From the NCBI RefSeq assembly GCF_048593235.1, contig NC_133619.1:651102558-651166557 (forward strand): DNA of 64,000 nucleotides. Reading direction: 5' to 3'. The position numbers were made by a program, and so were the translations under genes. Below are positions 40,000 to 52,054 of this stretch, piece by piece; position 1 is the first letter of the stretch, and every line of letters starts with the position of its first letter. The notes beneath the pieces were generated by a model. It was not told the origin of the DNA and ran no database searches. It worked only from the letters and a program-made list of their open reading frames with translations. Source of the stretch: Sminthopsis crassicaudata (Eukaryota).

Positions 40000-42900
40000 T
40001 TCTGGGATAAGAACTCTGTTCGACAAAAATTGCCGGGAACTCTGGGAAACCACGTGGCAGAGACTCAGCCCAGGCCTACATCGGACAGAGTCCGCGATCC
40101 TCGAAGTAAATTAGCAGAGCTCGCGACAGATCTCTGGAGAGGGCCGCGTTTAGGGCCGGCGGGGCGTAGAGGACAGCGGATCGCTACCTTAGAGGAATAA
40201 GGTTTTGCACAAACAAAAGCAATGCAGCCGAAAACAGAAGGAAAGCCGCGAGCCTGGGAAATGTGTGCGGCCGTCCCTTCTGCTAAAGGCCTCGCTTCTC
40301 AAACTGGAGAGAACGAGTCAAATGGACAAGAATAAAAGTCATTTCTCAATCGGGAAATGTCAAAGGACGGGATAGAGCGTCAACCCTCGGAAGAACAGCT
40401 GCTCGAACCCTCGGAAGAACAGCTGCTCGAACCCCTCGGAAGAACAGGTGCTCGAACCCCTCGGAAGAACAGCTGCTCGAACCCCTCGGAAGAACAGCTG
40501 CTCGAACCCTCGATAGAACAGCTGCTCGAACCCTCGGAAGAACAGCTGCTCGAACCCCTCGGAAGAACAGCTGCTCGAACCCCTCGGAAGAACAGCTGCT
40601 CGAACCCTCGGAAGAACAGCTGCTCGAACCCTCGATAGAACAGCTGCTCGAACCCTCGGAAGAACAGCTGCTCGAACCCCTCGGAAGAACAGCTGCTCGA
40701 ACCCCTCGGATGAACAGCTGCTCGAACCCCTCGGAAGAACAGCTGCTCGAACCCTCGGAAGAACAGGTGCTCGAACCCTCGGAAGAACAGCTGCTCGAAC
40801 CCTCGGAAGAACAGCTGCTCGAACCCTCGGAAGAACAGCTGCTCGAACCCTCGGAAGAACAGCTGCTCGAACCCCTCGGAAGAACAGCTGCTCGAACCCT
40901 CGGAAGAACAGGTGCTCGAACCCTCGGAAGAACAGCTGCTCGAACCCCTCGGAAGAACAGCTGCTCGAACCCTCGGAAGAACAGGTGCTCGAACCCTCGG
41001 ATGAACAGCTGCTCGAACCCCTCGGAAGAACAGGTGCTCGAACCCTCGGATGAACAGCTGCTCGAACCCTCGGAAGAACAGCTGCTCGAACCCTCGGAAG
41101 AACAGGTGCTCGAACCCTCGGAAGAACAGGTGCTCGAACCCCTCGGAAGAACAGGTGCTCGAACCCCTCGGAAGAACAGGTGCTCGAACCCTCGGAAGAA
41201 CAGCTGCTCGAACCCTCGGAAGAACAGCTGCTCGAACCCCTCGGAAGAACAGCTGCTCGAACCCCTCGGAAGAACAGCTGCTCGAACCCCTCGGAAGAAC
41301 AGCTGCTCGAACCCCTCGGAAGAACAGCTGCTCGAACCCTCGGAAGAACAGCTGCTCGAACCCCTCGGAAGAACAGCTGCTCGAACCCTCGATAGAACAG
41401 CTGCTCGAACCCCACGGAAGAACAGCTGCTCGAACCCCTCGGAAGAACAGCTGCTCGAACCCTCGGAAGAACAGCTGCTCGAACCCTCGGAAGAACAGCT
41501 GCTCGAACCCCTCGGAAGAACAGCTGCTCGAACCCTCGATAGAACAGCTGCTCGAACCCTCGGAAGAACAGCTGCTCGAACCCCTCGGAAGAACAGCTGC
41601 TCGAACCCCTCGGAAGAACAGCTGCTCGAACCCCTCGGAAGAACAGCTGCTCGAACCCCTCGGAAGAACAGCTGCTCGAACCCTCGGAAGAACAGCTGCT
41701 CGAACCCCTCGGAAGAACAGCTGCTCGAACCCTCGATAGAACAGCTGCTCGAACCCCACGGAAGAACAGCTGCTCGAACCCCACGGAAGAACAGCTGCTC
41801 GAACCCTCGGAAGAACAGCTGCTCGAACCCTTGGAAGAACAGCTGCTCGAACCCCACGGAAGAACAGCTGCTCGAACCCTCGGAAGAACAGCTGCTCGAA
41901 CCCCTCAGAAGAACAGCTGCTCGAACCCTCGGAAGAACAGCTGCTCGAACCCTCGGAAGAACAGCTGCTCGAACCCCTCGGATGAACAGCTGCTCGAACC
42001 CCTCGGAAGAACAGCTGCTCGAACCCCTCGGAAGAACAGCTGCTCGAACCCCTCGGAAGAACAGCTGCTCGAACCCCTCGGAAGAACAGCTGCTCGAACC
42101 CCACGGAAGAACAGCTGCTCGAACCCCACGGAAGAACAGCTGCTCGAACCCCACGGAAGAACAGCTGCTCGAACCCCACGGAAGAACAGCTGCTCGAACC
42201 CCACGGAAGAACAGCTGCTCGAACCCCTCGGAAGAACAGCTGCTCGAACCCCTCGGAAGAACAGCTGCTCGAACCCCACGGAAGAACAGCTGCTCGAACC
42301 CCTCGGAAGAACAGCTGCTCGAACCCTCGGATGAACAGCTGCTCGAACCCTCGGAAGAACAGCTGCTCGAACCCTCGGATGAACAGCTGCTCGAACCCTC
42401 GGAAGAACAGCTGCTCGAACCCCTCGGAAGAACAGCTGCTCGAACCCCTCGGAAGAACAGCTGCTCGAACCCCTCGGATGAACAGCTGCTCGAACCCTCG
42501 ATTAGAGAAGGCACATTCAGACAGTCTGGAAGCGCCACCTCGCAGTGTGGGGTGAGTTCACATGACAAGGACACATGTTGCCGGAGAGGCCGGGAAACGA
42601 GACGTTATTGCCTCGTTGCTGGAGAGCAGTTGGAAGCCATGCTCAAAGGGCGCAGCAGGGCCATGAGTGGATCCGGGCCCACATGTGCAGAAACGTAGCA
42701 GCAGCTTTGTGTGGCAAGAAGTGGGAGATGAGTGCGTTCCATCCTAGGAAATGGCTGAACAAACTGGGGCGCACAAAAGCAATGGAACGGCATTCTGTGA
42801 AACAGGACCAGAGTGGCTTTGGAAAAGCTGGAGAGATTGACGCGAACTGGTGCTGAGTGAAGCAAGCAGAAGCAGGAATTTGATTCCCGGCAAGATTATG

Positions 42901-43140
42901 TGATGATCAACAAGATAGACTTGTGTTCCGCCATTCAGTGATCCGAGGAAATCCCAGTAAACTCTGGGTGGAAAATGCCCTTTGCATCCAGACAGAGAAC
43001 AGATTGAATGTGGACCAACACATACTTTTTTAACTCATGGTTTTTCCCTCTTACTCTGATTTTTTCTCCCAGTATGACTCACATGGAAGTGTGTAAAAAA
43101 TGAAATTTACACTTATAAATTTAAAAGTAAATAAAGTGAA
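40000..43140 (+). mobile_element. Old, GC-shifted L1 ORF2/3' relic interrupted by a minisatellite
   Basis: TTCTGGGATAAGAACTC...GACAAAAATTGC...TTTTGCACAAACAAAAGCAATGCAG...GTCAAAGGA on the left and GGGCCCACATGTGCAGAAAC...GGAAATGGCTGAACAAACT on the right are collinear with the young L1 at 36660-37400. It may extend left to about 38550. Confidence 0.8.
40384..42501. repeat. 24/25-bp minisatellite, roughly 85-90 copies
   Basis: Unit TCGGAAGAACAGCTGCTCGAACCC(C), with variants GATG, GATA, CAGGTG and CCAC. There are no spacers. Confidence 0.98.
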
Positions 43141-43739
43141 AATTTAAAAATATATTTTACTGCCTGCTGCATACGATTGTTGTCAAGAAGGCTCTTTGTA
43201 AGCCATAAAACACTACTGAAATCTGAAAAAGAAAGGGAGGGAGGGAAGAAGAAATGAGAGGTATCACTGTTCCCTCCCACCCCTCCAGGAGGATTCTACT
43301 TTGAGGAGCTCAGATTTGGGGGGAGTCTGCCTTCCAGACTGTTCAGTCCCCTTTGTGACTCCCACCCTTTGCTCCTGCTTCCAGTCTCTGGACCGAGCCT
43401 GGCAAAGCCAGTGCCTCCTCCCTGACAGACACTTGCGTGCAGCTCTCAGGTCTCCCCAAGTCTTACTTTAGCCTGAAAAAGCCCAGGTCCTTCCGCTGCT
43501 CTTCCTGTGACATGTGGTCCTTCCCCTATCCAGCCTTCCCCTCTGCGGATGCTCGTGTTTCTCCTCCTGCAGGAAACTGAGATTTTCCCTGGCAAATCTG
43601 CACCGAAGCACTACAGCTTCACCTGTTGACAGAGTAATAGGCAATTTTTAAAAAGGGGGGGAGTGGGGGTAGGTAGGGGAGACACTGAGGATGGCGATGA
43701 CATGGCGAGACAGCTGGGGGGTTGGAGGCGTGGAGGGGG

Positions 43740-43975
43740 CAAGCAGGGGGCTCAGTGGATAAAGCACCAGGCTGGAGTCCAGAAAGCTCGTCCTCTTGAG
43801 GTCGAAGCTGATCTCAGACACTAGCTGTGTGACCCTGGGAAGTCGCTTCACCTTTTGCCTCAGTTTTCTCATCTCTGAAACAAGCTAGAGAAGGAAATAG
43901 CAGACCATTGCAGCACTTTTGCGAAGAAAACCCCAAAGGGGGTCCCAAAAACTCAGACACAACTAAATAAAACAC
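43740..43975 (+). mobile_element. MAR1-like CORE-SINE
   Basis: CAGTGGATAAAGCAC...CTAGCTGTGTGACCCTGG...CCTCAGTTTTCTCATCT...GAAGGAAATAGC...GAAAACCCCAAA. Confidence 0.75.
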
Positions 43976-44641
43976 ACAGAGTTGACCAGAGCAGAAGGAA
44001 ATGCCTAATAGAGGGAGGGGGCGGAGCTGTAGGAGCCACTGACTAGTCCCAGGGCACACCATCCGGCCTTGGCTGACCAGGTGTCTAGGGTGACGAAGCA
44101 GCCGCCGCTCTACCTCTCTCAGGGACAGGTTTCAGCTACTCTACCCTCGCAGAGTGAATATAAGATGGATGAGCTGGAGACGAACATCCCGGGAGAGCCC
44201 GAAGAGCCGGGAACCCACAAAAACAGAGTAACGAGTGGGAACGTCAGGGTCTGAGGTGTTACCTACCCTCCCATGCACAATCCCTCTGCGTTCTCTCAGC
44301 TGATGAGGCGCAGCTATGGGAGAGTGGGCCCTGGGCTTTTGAGAGAAATGTTCTCATCAAAAGCTTCCCCTTGAATAGAGTAATAATAATAATTACCTGT
44401 ACTTCCTCAGCACTTATATGTGCTGAGCGTATTACATATGCTCAGATTTGTCTCATCTGATCCTCATGATGGTCTCGGAGGGTGAGTGCTGCGATGATCC
44501 CTATTCTACAGATGGGGAAACTGAGACACTATGCCTAGGATCACATTGCCAGTAAATTTCTGAAGTTGGATTTGAACTCAAGCCTGGTCCTCTAATCACT
44601 CCATCACCCAATTGCTTAAAGTATGTCTTCTAGACAAATAG

Positions 44642-44646
<5 letters not shown>

Positions 44647-44696
<50 letters not shown>
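44647..44696. repeat. (AC)n microsatellite
   Basis: About 25 consecutive AC units. Confidence 0.98.
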
Positions 44697-44697
<1 letters not shown>

Positions 44698-45699
44698 TTT
44701 CCTTATCCCCCTGAGTAAAACAGTGGCTCCAAATCTTGTCTTCCTGCTCCTCCTCTGCCAAAGACTTTATATCATGCTTCAATGACAAAAAAATAAGGCT
44801 GTTGGTCAAAGGCTCCCTCTTCTCCTTCTTCTAAAGCCGATGGCTCTCTGCCATCTGCTCCTTCAGCCCTTCTTGCCAAAGCTCCCCCCCTGCACAAGGG
44901 ACGCCATTCCAGCCTGACTCCTCTGGCAGATTTGCCCCCACCTCCATCTCCAATCCTCTCCCTGGATGCTGCTCACAAATGCACCCAAATCTCCCCTAGC
45001 CCAAAAAGGAACCTCACCGATTCCTCTAGCTGTTGTCTAGATCTCTCCTCTCTGTCTCCTCTGCAGTCTCATGATTATGGCTTCCACTTCCATTCCTCTC
45101 ACTCTTCCCAAATCCACAGTCTGGCTTCTGTCCTCATTATTCCCAAACTAATCTCTTCAAAGTTACCAGCGACTTCTTAGTCCAACAGTCTTTTCTCCCT
45201 CCTCCTCATCCTCCTTAACTTCTCTGTAGCCTTCGACACTGTTAGCCCCTTCTCCCCCTAGATACAATCTTTTCTGTGGTGTGGTGGCTTGGGAGAAAGC
45301 TGATGCGTTGTTTTGGACATGATAAAATGAAGATGTTGAGACAAACAGGTAATCGATGATTCAGGATTGGAGCTCAAGGGACAGATTATTGCTGGGGATA
45401 TTGATCTTGGAATCATCCGTGTTTGGGTATCAAATAATTGAACCCACAGGATCAACAAGAAAAAGATGGACAAGTTATAAGAGGAGAGTTTGGGAAAATG
45501 TCCCATAACTTTGCTAGCCTTCAGTTTCCCCATCTGTAAAATGGAACAAGTGGGCTTTATGACCTCCAAGGCCCCTACCTGAACTAGCCTGGGTGACCCC
45601 AGACTCCTCTGGGAGTGAGCTCAGCATCCTTCCAGACATCTGTCTCTCACCGAGACGTGTAACCCAAAATGAGTCACACATTTCAGGGAGGAAGGGTTG

Positions 45700-46690
45700 A
45701 CAAACAGAACACTCTTCGGAAAACAACTGCACAATTATTTTTCACATTTTGCATTCTGTGTTCTAACACTCTGTCTCCTCTGACACAGGGAAGGATACCC
45801 TTCCCCTCTCTGGGCTCAGCCGCGGGCCGTCTCCTCTTCTCCCTCTGCACGGCTTCACTTAGAGATTTCATCCGCTCCACTAGACTGAACCACCATCTCT
45901 CTATTGACCACTCTCAGATCTATTTATCCTCGCCCCAACCTCTCTGCTAACCTCTAATCTTGAGTCTTCGCCCCCTTTTAGGACATCCCAGACTGCCTAC
46001 GGGGACGCCTTAAATTCAACAAGTCCAAAACTAAATACAAAATTCTCCTTTCTAGCTTCCCTATTACTGTCAATAATGTCGCCAGCCCAGTAGCCACCCA
46101 GGCTCCCACCTAGGCGTCAGCCTCAATTGTTGGCTCCCTCTCCCACACTTCAGAACCGATGCGTAGCCAGATCCCGTTGTTTCCACCTGCATACACCTGG
46201 GTTTAGCCCGGGTCTCGTCTGTGACCCAACCATCACCCTGGCACAAGCTCGAGTATTCCTGGACAATTCCAAGAGCCGCTGGTCTCCCATTCCCCATTGC
46301 TGATCTTCCCAAAGCGTAGGGCCGACCATGTCACTATGCCCCCGTTCAATCGACCCCAAGGTCTCTGTATTGCCTCCAGGCTCAGATATAAAATCCTCCG
46401 CCTTTAAAGCCCTCTGCAACCTGATCCATTCCTTCTTTCCCGGTCTCCTTCCTCCTTTTGCCTCCCCGTGTTCTCTGAAATCCAGTGACATTCTCTCTTG
46501 CTGTTCATGGTACTAGACATTCCCCATTCCATCTCCAAACTCTGGACATGTCCCATGCTGTCCCCAAGCACAGGATTCTCTCTTCCCATCCCTGCCTCCC
46601 AGCTTCTCTGGCTTCTTTCCAGTCTCCCCCAAAGCTCTACAGCCCTTCCCAATCCTTCTTGATTCCAGTGCCTTCCTGCTGGTAATTATT
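45700..46690 (+). mobile_element. Degenerate L2 LINE fragment
   Basis: L2-like motifs AATTCAACAAGTCCAAAACTAA, GCCAGATCCCGTTGTTTCCACCT and TTTAAAGCCCTCTGCAACCTG. Boundaries are approximate. Confidence 0.55.
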
Positions 46691-49467
46691 TCCTGTGTCC
46701 TTTTGGGGTGTTCAGGAAGGACCAGTACTTCTGGGGGGAGGGCTTGCCAAGTCCTTTTCAGGGCTGCTTCTCCGCCTTTAGCATCCACATTCTGGCCCAG
46801 TAAACTGTCTGGGAAGAGGAAAACCCTCAAGCCCAAAGTGAGTGTCTACCCTAAGCATGGGAAGACTTCTGGCAGAATGGCACTTGTTCTGACTGCCAGG
46901 AAGGTAGCTGCAGCCGGTCAAACATTAAGGACACCAAGGTCATCCACTGCTTCCTGGGTCATCCAGGTCATCTTGACCTTCGTCCTGCTATTGGACTTCA
47001 GTGATTCTGGGAGAGAGAATGAGACTCTACCTCACTTCAGTTTAATTCATGCACAAGTCAAGACCACCCCGTGTCATTCATCCTCAAGACTATGAAGGAT
47101 GAACAAGGATGGATGTCTGCAGCTGGTTTGTACCTAGTTATTTGCATGCTGTCTTCCTCATTAGACTCCTGGAGTGCAGGGGCTTTAGTTTACTTTGCTT
47201 TGTACCCCCAGCACATGACACAGTGCCTAGCATACAATTGGCATTTAATAAATGCTTGCTGACTAATAGACTTCACTGTTGGAGTTCTTTACACCAAGTA
47301 CATTTCAATTTTATAAATGAGGAAACGGAGACCCTAGAAGGACTAATCCTTGCATAGTTAACTATTACCAAAGAGCCGGATCTGAACCTAACTTCTGAGA
47401 TCACACACAGTGGGATGTCTGCCATGCCAGGCCACCTTCACGCAAGAGCGAAACATGATGGAAAACCAATATTTTTATGTTTTATTTAGTTTATTTTTTG
47501 AGAAAGGTGACCAAAACAGTAGAAGAGGGAGGAACATTAGTTGTCAAGAAGAGACGCATGTAGAAATTCCTGAACTCAAGTTTCCCCCAGTCAAATGGCA
47601 CAAAGATCACCTCAATGATCTGTCCAATGGGTTCTTCCAGCTCCCAATCCTACAAAATTAGATGGCCAAGTTCATGAAGGAATATCCCCCGTCAGCTACT
47701 CAATTCTGCCAAAAGATTGCAGCCTCAGCGTGGGATCTATTTGTCCCTTCTCCAGGTGCATGGGCTTTGTGGCAGCTGTTTCCTTGTCCTATAGAGGCTC
47801 TTACCCACCTTGGTCCAAGGTCCTGAATCATTCAGACTGAACATCAGGTGGCTTATCATAAGAGGAAACCTGGAGTTGCTGACACTGACTTGCTGGGCCT
47901 TTAAGGAGCTCCCTTACCCTCTCTGGGTCTTTTCTATTAACATTTTGTATTTCATGTAGCATTTTAATACTTGTAAAATGTTTCACAGATGTGACCTCAT
48001 GCAATCCTCACTGCAACCCTGCAAAGTAGGTGACATTATTGTTCACATTTCATGATGAATGAATGATGAAGAAAATAAGAGATGTTAAGTGACTTACCTA
48101 GAGTCAGGAAGCCAGGAAATTTCTGATAAGTCAGGATCTGAATTCAGATCTACTTGCCTCCATGTCTAACACTATAACCGCCACATCACCTAGCTGCCTT
48201 TTAGATAAGTTATTTTTTTTAATTTAAAAAATTTAATGATTTTTAAAAATGATTAAATGATTTTTTAAATTAAAAATTAATTTTAAATATTAAAAAATTA
48301 AGTTCACAAAATAAAAATCTCTACCAAAAAAAACCATCAAGGGGTTGTCCAGATTCTACTTAAGGACCTCTAAGGAGAGAGAACCCACTGTTTCCCAAGG
48401 CTGTGAGACTCAGCAGCTTGCTAATTGTTAGGGAGTTTTCCTTGTCATCTCACCTCAAAGTGCCCTTTCTACAATTTCTCCTTGTGGCTCCAGGGTCTAT
48501 TCTCAAGGTCAAATATAATATAATTTTTAAAAATCCAATAAAACCATTGAATCACATGTTATGGGTGCAAAATCTCTTCTCTGTGGCTCTCAAAATATTG
48601 AACATGATTATGACTTGTCTTCTCCAAACTAAACCTCCCCGATACCTTCAAACAATCTTTGTCCCATTGTACATGGGGCCCTTCACCATCTGGAAAGCCC
48701 CTTGCTCACAGATGTTCTTTCTAAAATATGTAGATTTTTTTCATTCTCATTTTTTTCCTTTTTAATCTGATTTCTCTTGTGCAGTTTGAATAAATGTGAA
48801 AATATGTTCAGAAGAGTTGCACATTTAACCTATATTGGATTACTTGCTGAATAAGGGAGGGGGAAGGAAGGGAAGGAGATAGAAAAATCTAGAACACAAG
48901 GTTTTGCAGGGGTGAATGTTGAAAACTATATATTTTGAAAAAAATTTATTGTATTTTGCATGTATTTTGAAAAATAAGCTATTATTGAAAAAATAAAATA
49001 TATAGCGGAGCACCTGGTTTATGACAAATGCTTGTTGGCTTGACTTCCTAAAATGTGGATCTAGAAATTCCCATATTTCTGCAAACAGGTCTGACTAGGG
49101 CAAGATTGAAGAACTGCCTGTAAAGGGCTAAAACTCTTGAGTCAATACACTGAGGTTGGACAATTGAGCACTTGAGGCCATTACTGATTGGACAATACTG
49201 TATAAGAATATGCTTGGAAAATGGCCCTTACCACTATCCTATGCTGGCCCAATAGTTTGGTATATAAAGAGAATTGTGGGACAGACTAGGAGGTGCAGGG
49301 AAACTATCCAGAGTCGCTCTGGGTGGGAGACGAAGAGGTGAGGTCTTGGAGATCCTGTGAGTCCATTCCCTTCACTTCTACTGCTGAAGACCAAGAATAA
49401 AGACTTTTGCTTATCATGACTCTAGCTGATTCTAAGGTACCTGGAGTGCTCACACGGTCGTCACATT

Positions 49468-49485
49468 TGGTGCCCAACATGGGAC
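49468..49485 (+). promoter_or_regulatory. Primer binding site, tRNA-Lys1,2 type (decayed)
   Basis: TGGTGCCCAACATGGGAC immediately follows the 5' LTR, compared with the canonical TGGCGCCCAACGTGGGGC. Confidence 0.8.
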
Positions 49486-49601
49486 CAAGGACCCTAATTT
49501 CACTGAAGCCCTCAGGGACCAGAAAATAGGATGAGTATTTTAATAGACAAACAGGGAAGTTACTTTGTTAAGGGTTAAACTAGTAACCTTTTCTAGCTGA
49601 A

Positions 49602-51392
49602 ATGGGGCAGGTACTAGGAAAAGATTCTCCCCTAGCTCCACCCCGAAGGGCACTATAGAAAGCATGCTTAAGATGATCAAGGGACAAGGTTTAATTATAA
49701 CTTGGTTGCAGATCCCTGGACTTTTGGGTACATTAGAACTCACGCTCCCTTGGTTCTAAAGGAAGAAGAAATAGGGCCAGATCATTGGAAACTAGTAGGA
49801 GATCAACTATGTGAATACTACAATGATAAAGGTCCTGGTTCAATTTCCAATGAAACATTCTATGTATACAACATAATACAATTGTCCTGAAAGAATCCTG
49901 CAAGTTACAGAAAAAATAAAAGTTTTAAGAACAGCCAGATGAGGAAGTGTGAGGAGAAAGAGGAAGACAATGAAGGGATTAATATCAATATCACTAGAGG
50001 ACATGTGGAGTTAAGTGATGATCAAGGGCATGCTGAAGGGAGTGGTGATTCTAGCTCTGACCAGGCAGCTTCAACCCCACCTAAACAGGAACTAGTTCTT
50101 GACATGCCCACATCAACTTCACCTTCTGGGATGGAGGGAAGAGGAGTAGTGGGAGGGGCGTCAATATCACCAGCACCTCCCCTCCAGCAATCACCCCCTC
50201 CTATGACTAGATTGCAAAAGGTACTACTCAAAGCCACAGAAGAAGGCTAGGATTTAGCTGATTTGAAAATCAATATGTATCCTGTGATTCAACAGTTTAA
50301 CTCTTCAGGTCAAGAAAGTAGAAGATTAGGCTCCTTTTGATATAGAAACCTTCAAAGACCTGAAAAAGGCTTGCATTCTTTATGGAGCTACATCAGCTTA
50401 TGTCAAGATGTTATTACAGAATTTGGCTTATGAAGTCTTAATCTCTAGTGACTGGAAATGTATAGCAAGGACATGCTTAGAACCTGGACAAAACTTGTTG
50501 TGGTTTTCTGAATATAGTGAGCTCTGTAGGATATAAGCCCAACAAAATAGTCATAGTGGAGTTAATGCTCCAATCACCTGTGACCAACTAACTGGTGTAG
50601 GTTCTTATGCAGACATTTCAGTAAAGATCAATTACTCCATAGCAGCATTTGAGCAAATTGCTGCTGCTGCTATCAAAGCATGGGCTTCTCTCCCCAGTAA
50701 AAATGACAAGGGAGAGGCCTTCACAAAAATTGTACAATGGCCAAATGGACCCTTTGCTGATTTTGTGGGATATTTGCAGACAGCTGTCATACAAACTAAT
50801 GGTAAAAATATAGTAACAGACATGATAAGGCAACTTGCTAAAAAAAAATGCTAGTGAGGTTTGTAGAAGAATTATACTAGGACTACACAAGGATGCTCCT
50901 TTAGAGGAGATTATAAGACGCTGTGCCACAGTGGGCACAAATACCTTTTATAGCCAGGCTATGGTGCAGACTTCCCAAGATCCCAACATAGGAAGACAGG
51001 GTCCCTTTTGGCAAGGGACTTCCAGAGAGACTCGTCAATGCTTTCAATGTGGTAAAGTAGGGCACCCAAAAGCTCAATGTTGGCATAGAGACAGAGTGAG
51101 AAAACAGGCTGGGAGAACAAGACCCAATACCCCATGTCCAAAATGCAACAGAGGCTTCCACTGGGCATCAGAATGTAGACTGATTCAGGGAAACGGGATG
51201 AGGGGCCCAGCTCTAGGACACCAGGGAAAAAACACTTGGGGCATGATGACAGCCGATGCCACACCCAGAGAGTGCCTCCAAGTCCAATACCCAGACATGA
51301 CCAATCAGCCAGGAAGCCATCTGATGGGACAAAGGGATTACACAATCAGTCAGCCAGGAAGCAACATGATGGGAGAAAGGGACTACAATTAG
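49602..51392 (+). pseudogene. gag: ERV gag (disrupted)
   Basis: MGQ start, an MHR-like TKIVQWPNGPFADFVGYLQ, and two CCHC knuckles (CFQCGKVGHPKAQC and CPKCNRGFHWASEC). Confidence 0.9.
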
Positions 51393-52054
51393 GGAGGACA
51401 GATTTGTATGCAGCTGGGACAACTGAGATACCCCCTGGAGAGGTGAAATCTGCTCCTCTCCAACCTACCGATCCCTTGCCTCCAGGCACAGTAGGCTTGA
51501 CCATTTCACCTCCTGAGAGTACTTACAAGACAGTGTTCATTCATACACTGATGTGGGAAACTGGGGAATGTATAGATAATATCCCAGTCACTAACACAGG
51601 TAGACAATGTGTGACTTATCAACCAGGGGAAGTAGTAGCATCAAATTTACTGGTACAGACTCCTAATAAGCAATCTGGTGACAGTCACCCATGTTCTGAC
51701 TCCAAGCAACAAAATTCAGGAATATTCTAGACAGCAGCCGTGACAGCTGACCGACCTATGTTCATTATCTATATAAATGGCATACCATTAGAAAGACTGG
51801 TGGACACAGGTGCAGATCATACAATCATTAGAGGTGCCAACTGGCCCAGTCACTGGCCAAAAATTAAGGCAGACACCCACATGTCTGGGGTAGGAGCATC
51901 AATAGCAGCTGAAGTTAGTGCTACCCCTTTGAGATGGATATTTGAAAGTGAAACAATTTTTACTACTTTTGTAGTTGAAAAAATCCCCATCAATCTGTGG
52001 GGAAGAGACATTTTACAACAATTAGGGTTAAAAATGAGTACTTCGGTTTTTTAG
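51188..52054 (+). pseudogene. pro: ERV pro frame: degenerate dUTPase-like domain plus aspartic protease
   Basis: The -1 frame after G GGA AAC (51188) gives TDLYAA...GPLPPGTVGL-like dUTPase remnants and the protease motifs LVDTGADHTII and WGRDIL. There is one internal stop at about 51730. Confidence 0.85.

Noticed and set aside
40384-42501. Heat-shock-element array in the minisatellite
   Set aside because: GAA triplets recur, but the required inverted TTC unit is absent, so the match to nGAAnnTTCn is poor.
40346-42698. ORFs of 474-742 aa on both strands, and a possible CRISPR-like array
   Set aside because: The frames are open only because the 24/25-bp unit lacks stops, and most lack a proper ATG context. 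There are no unique spacers and the DNA is mammalian, so it is not a CRISPR array.
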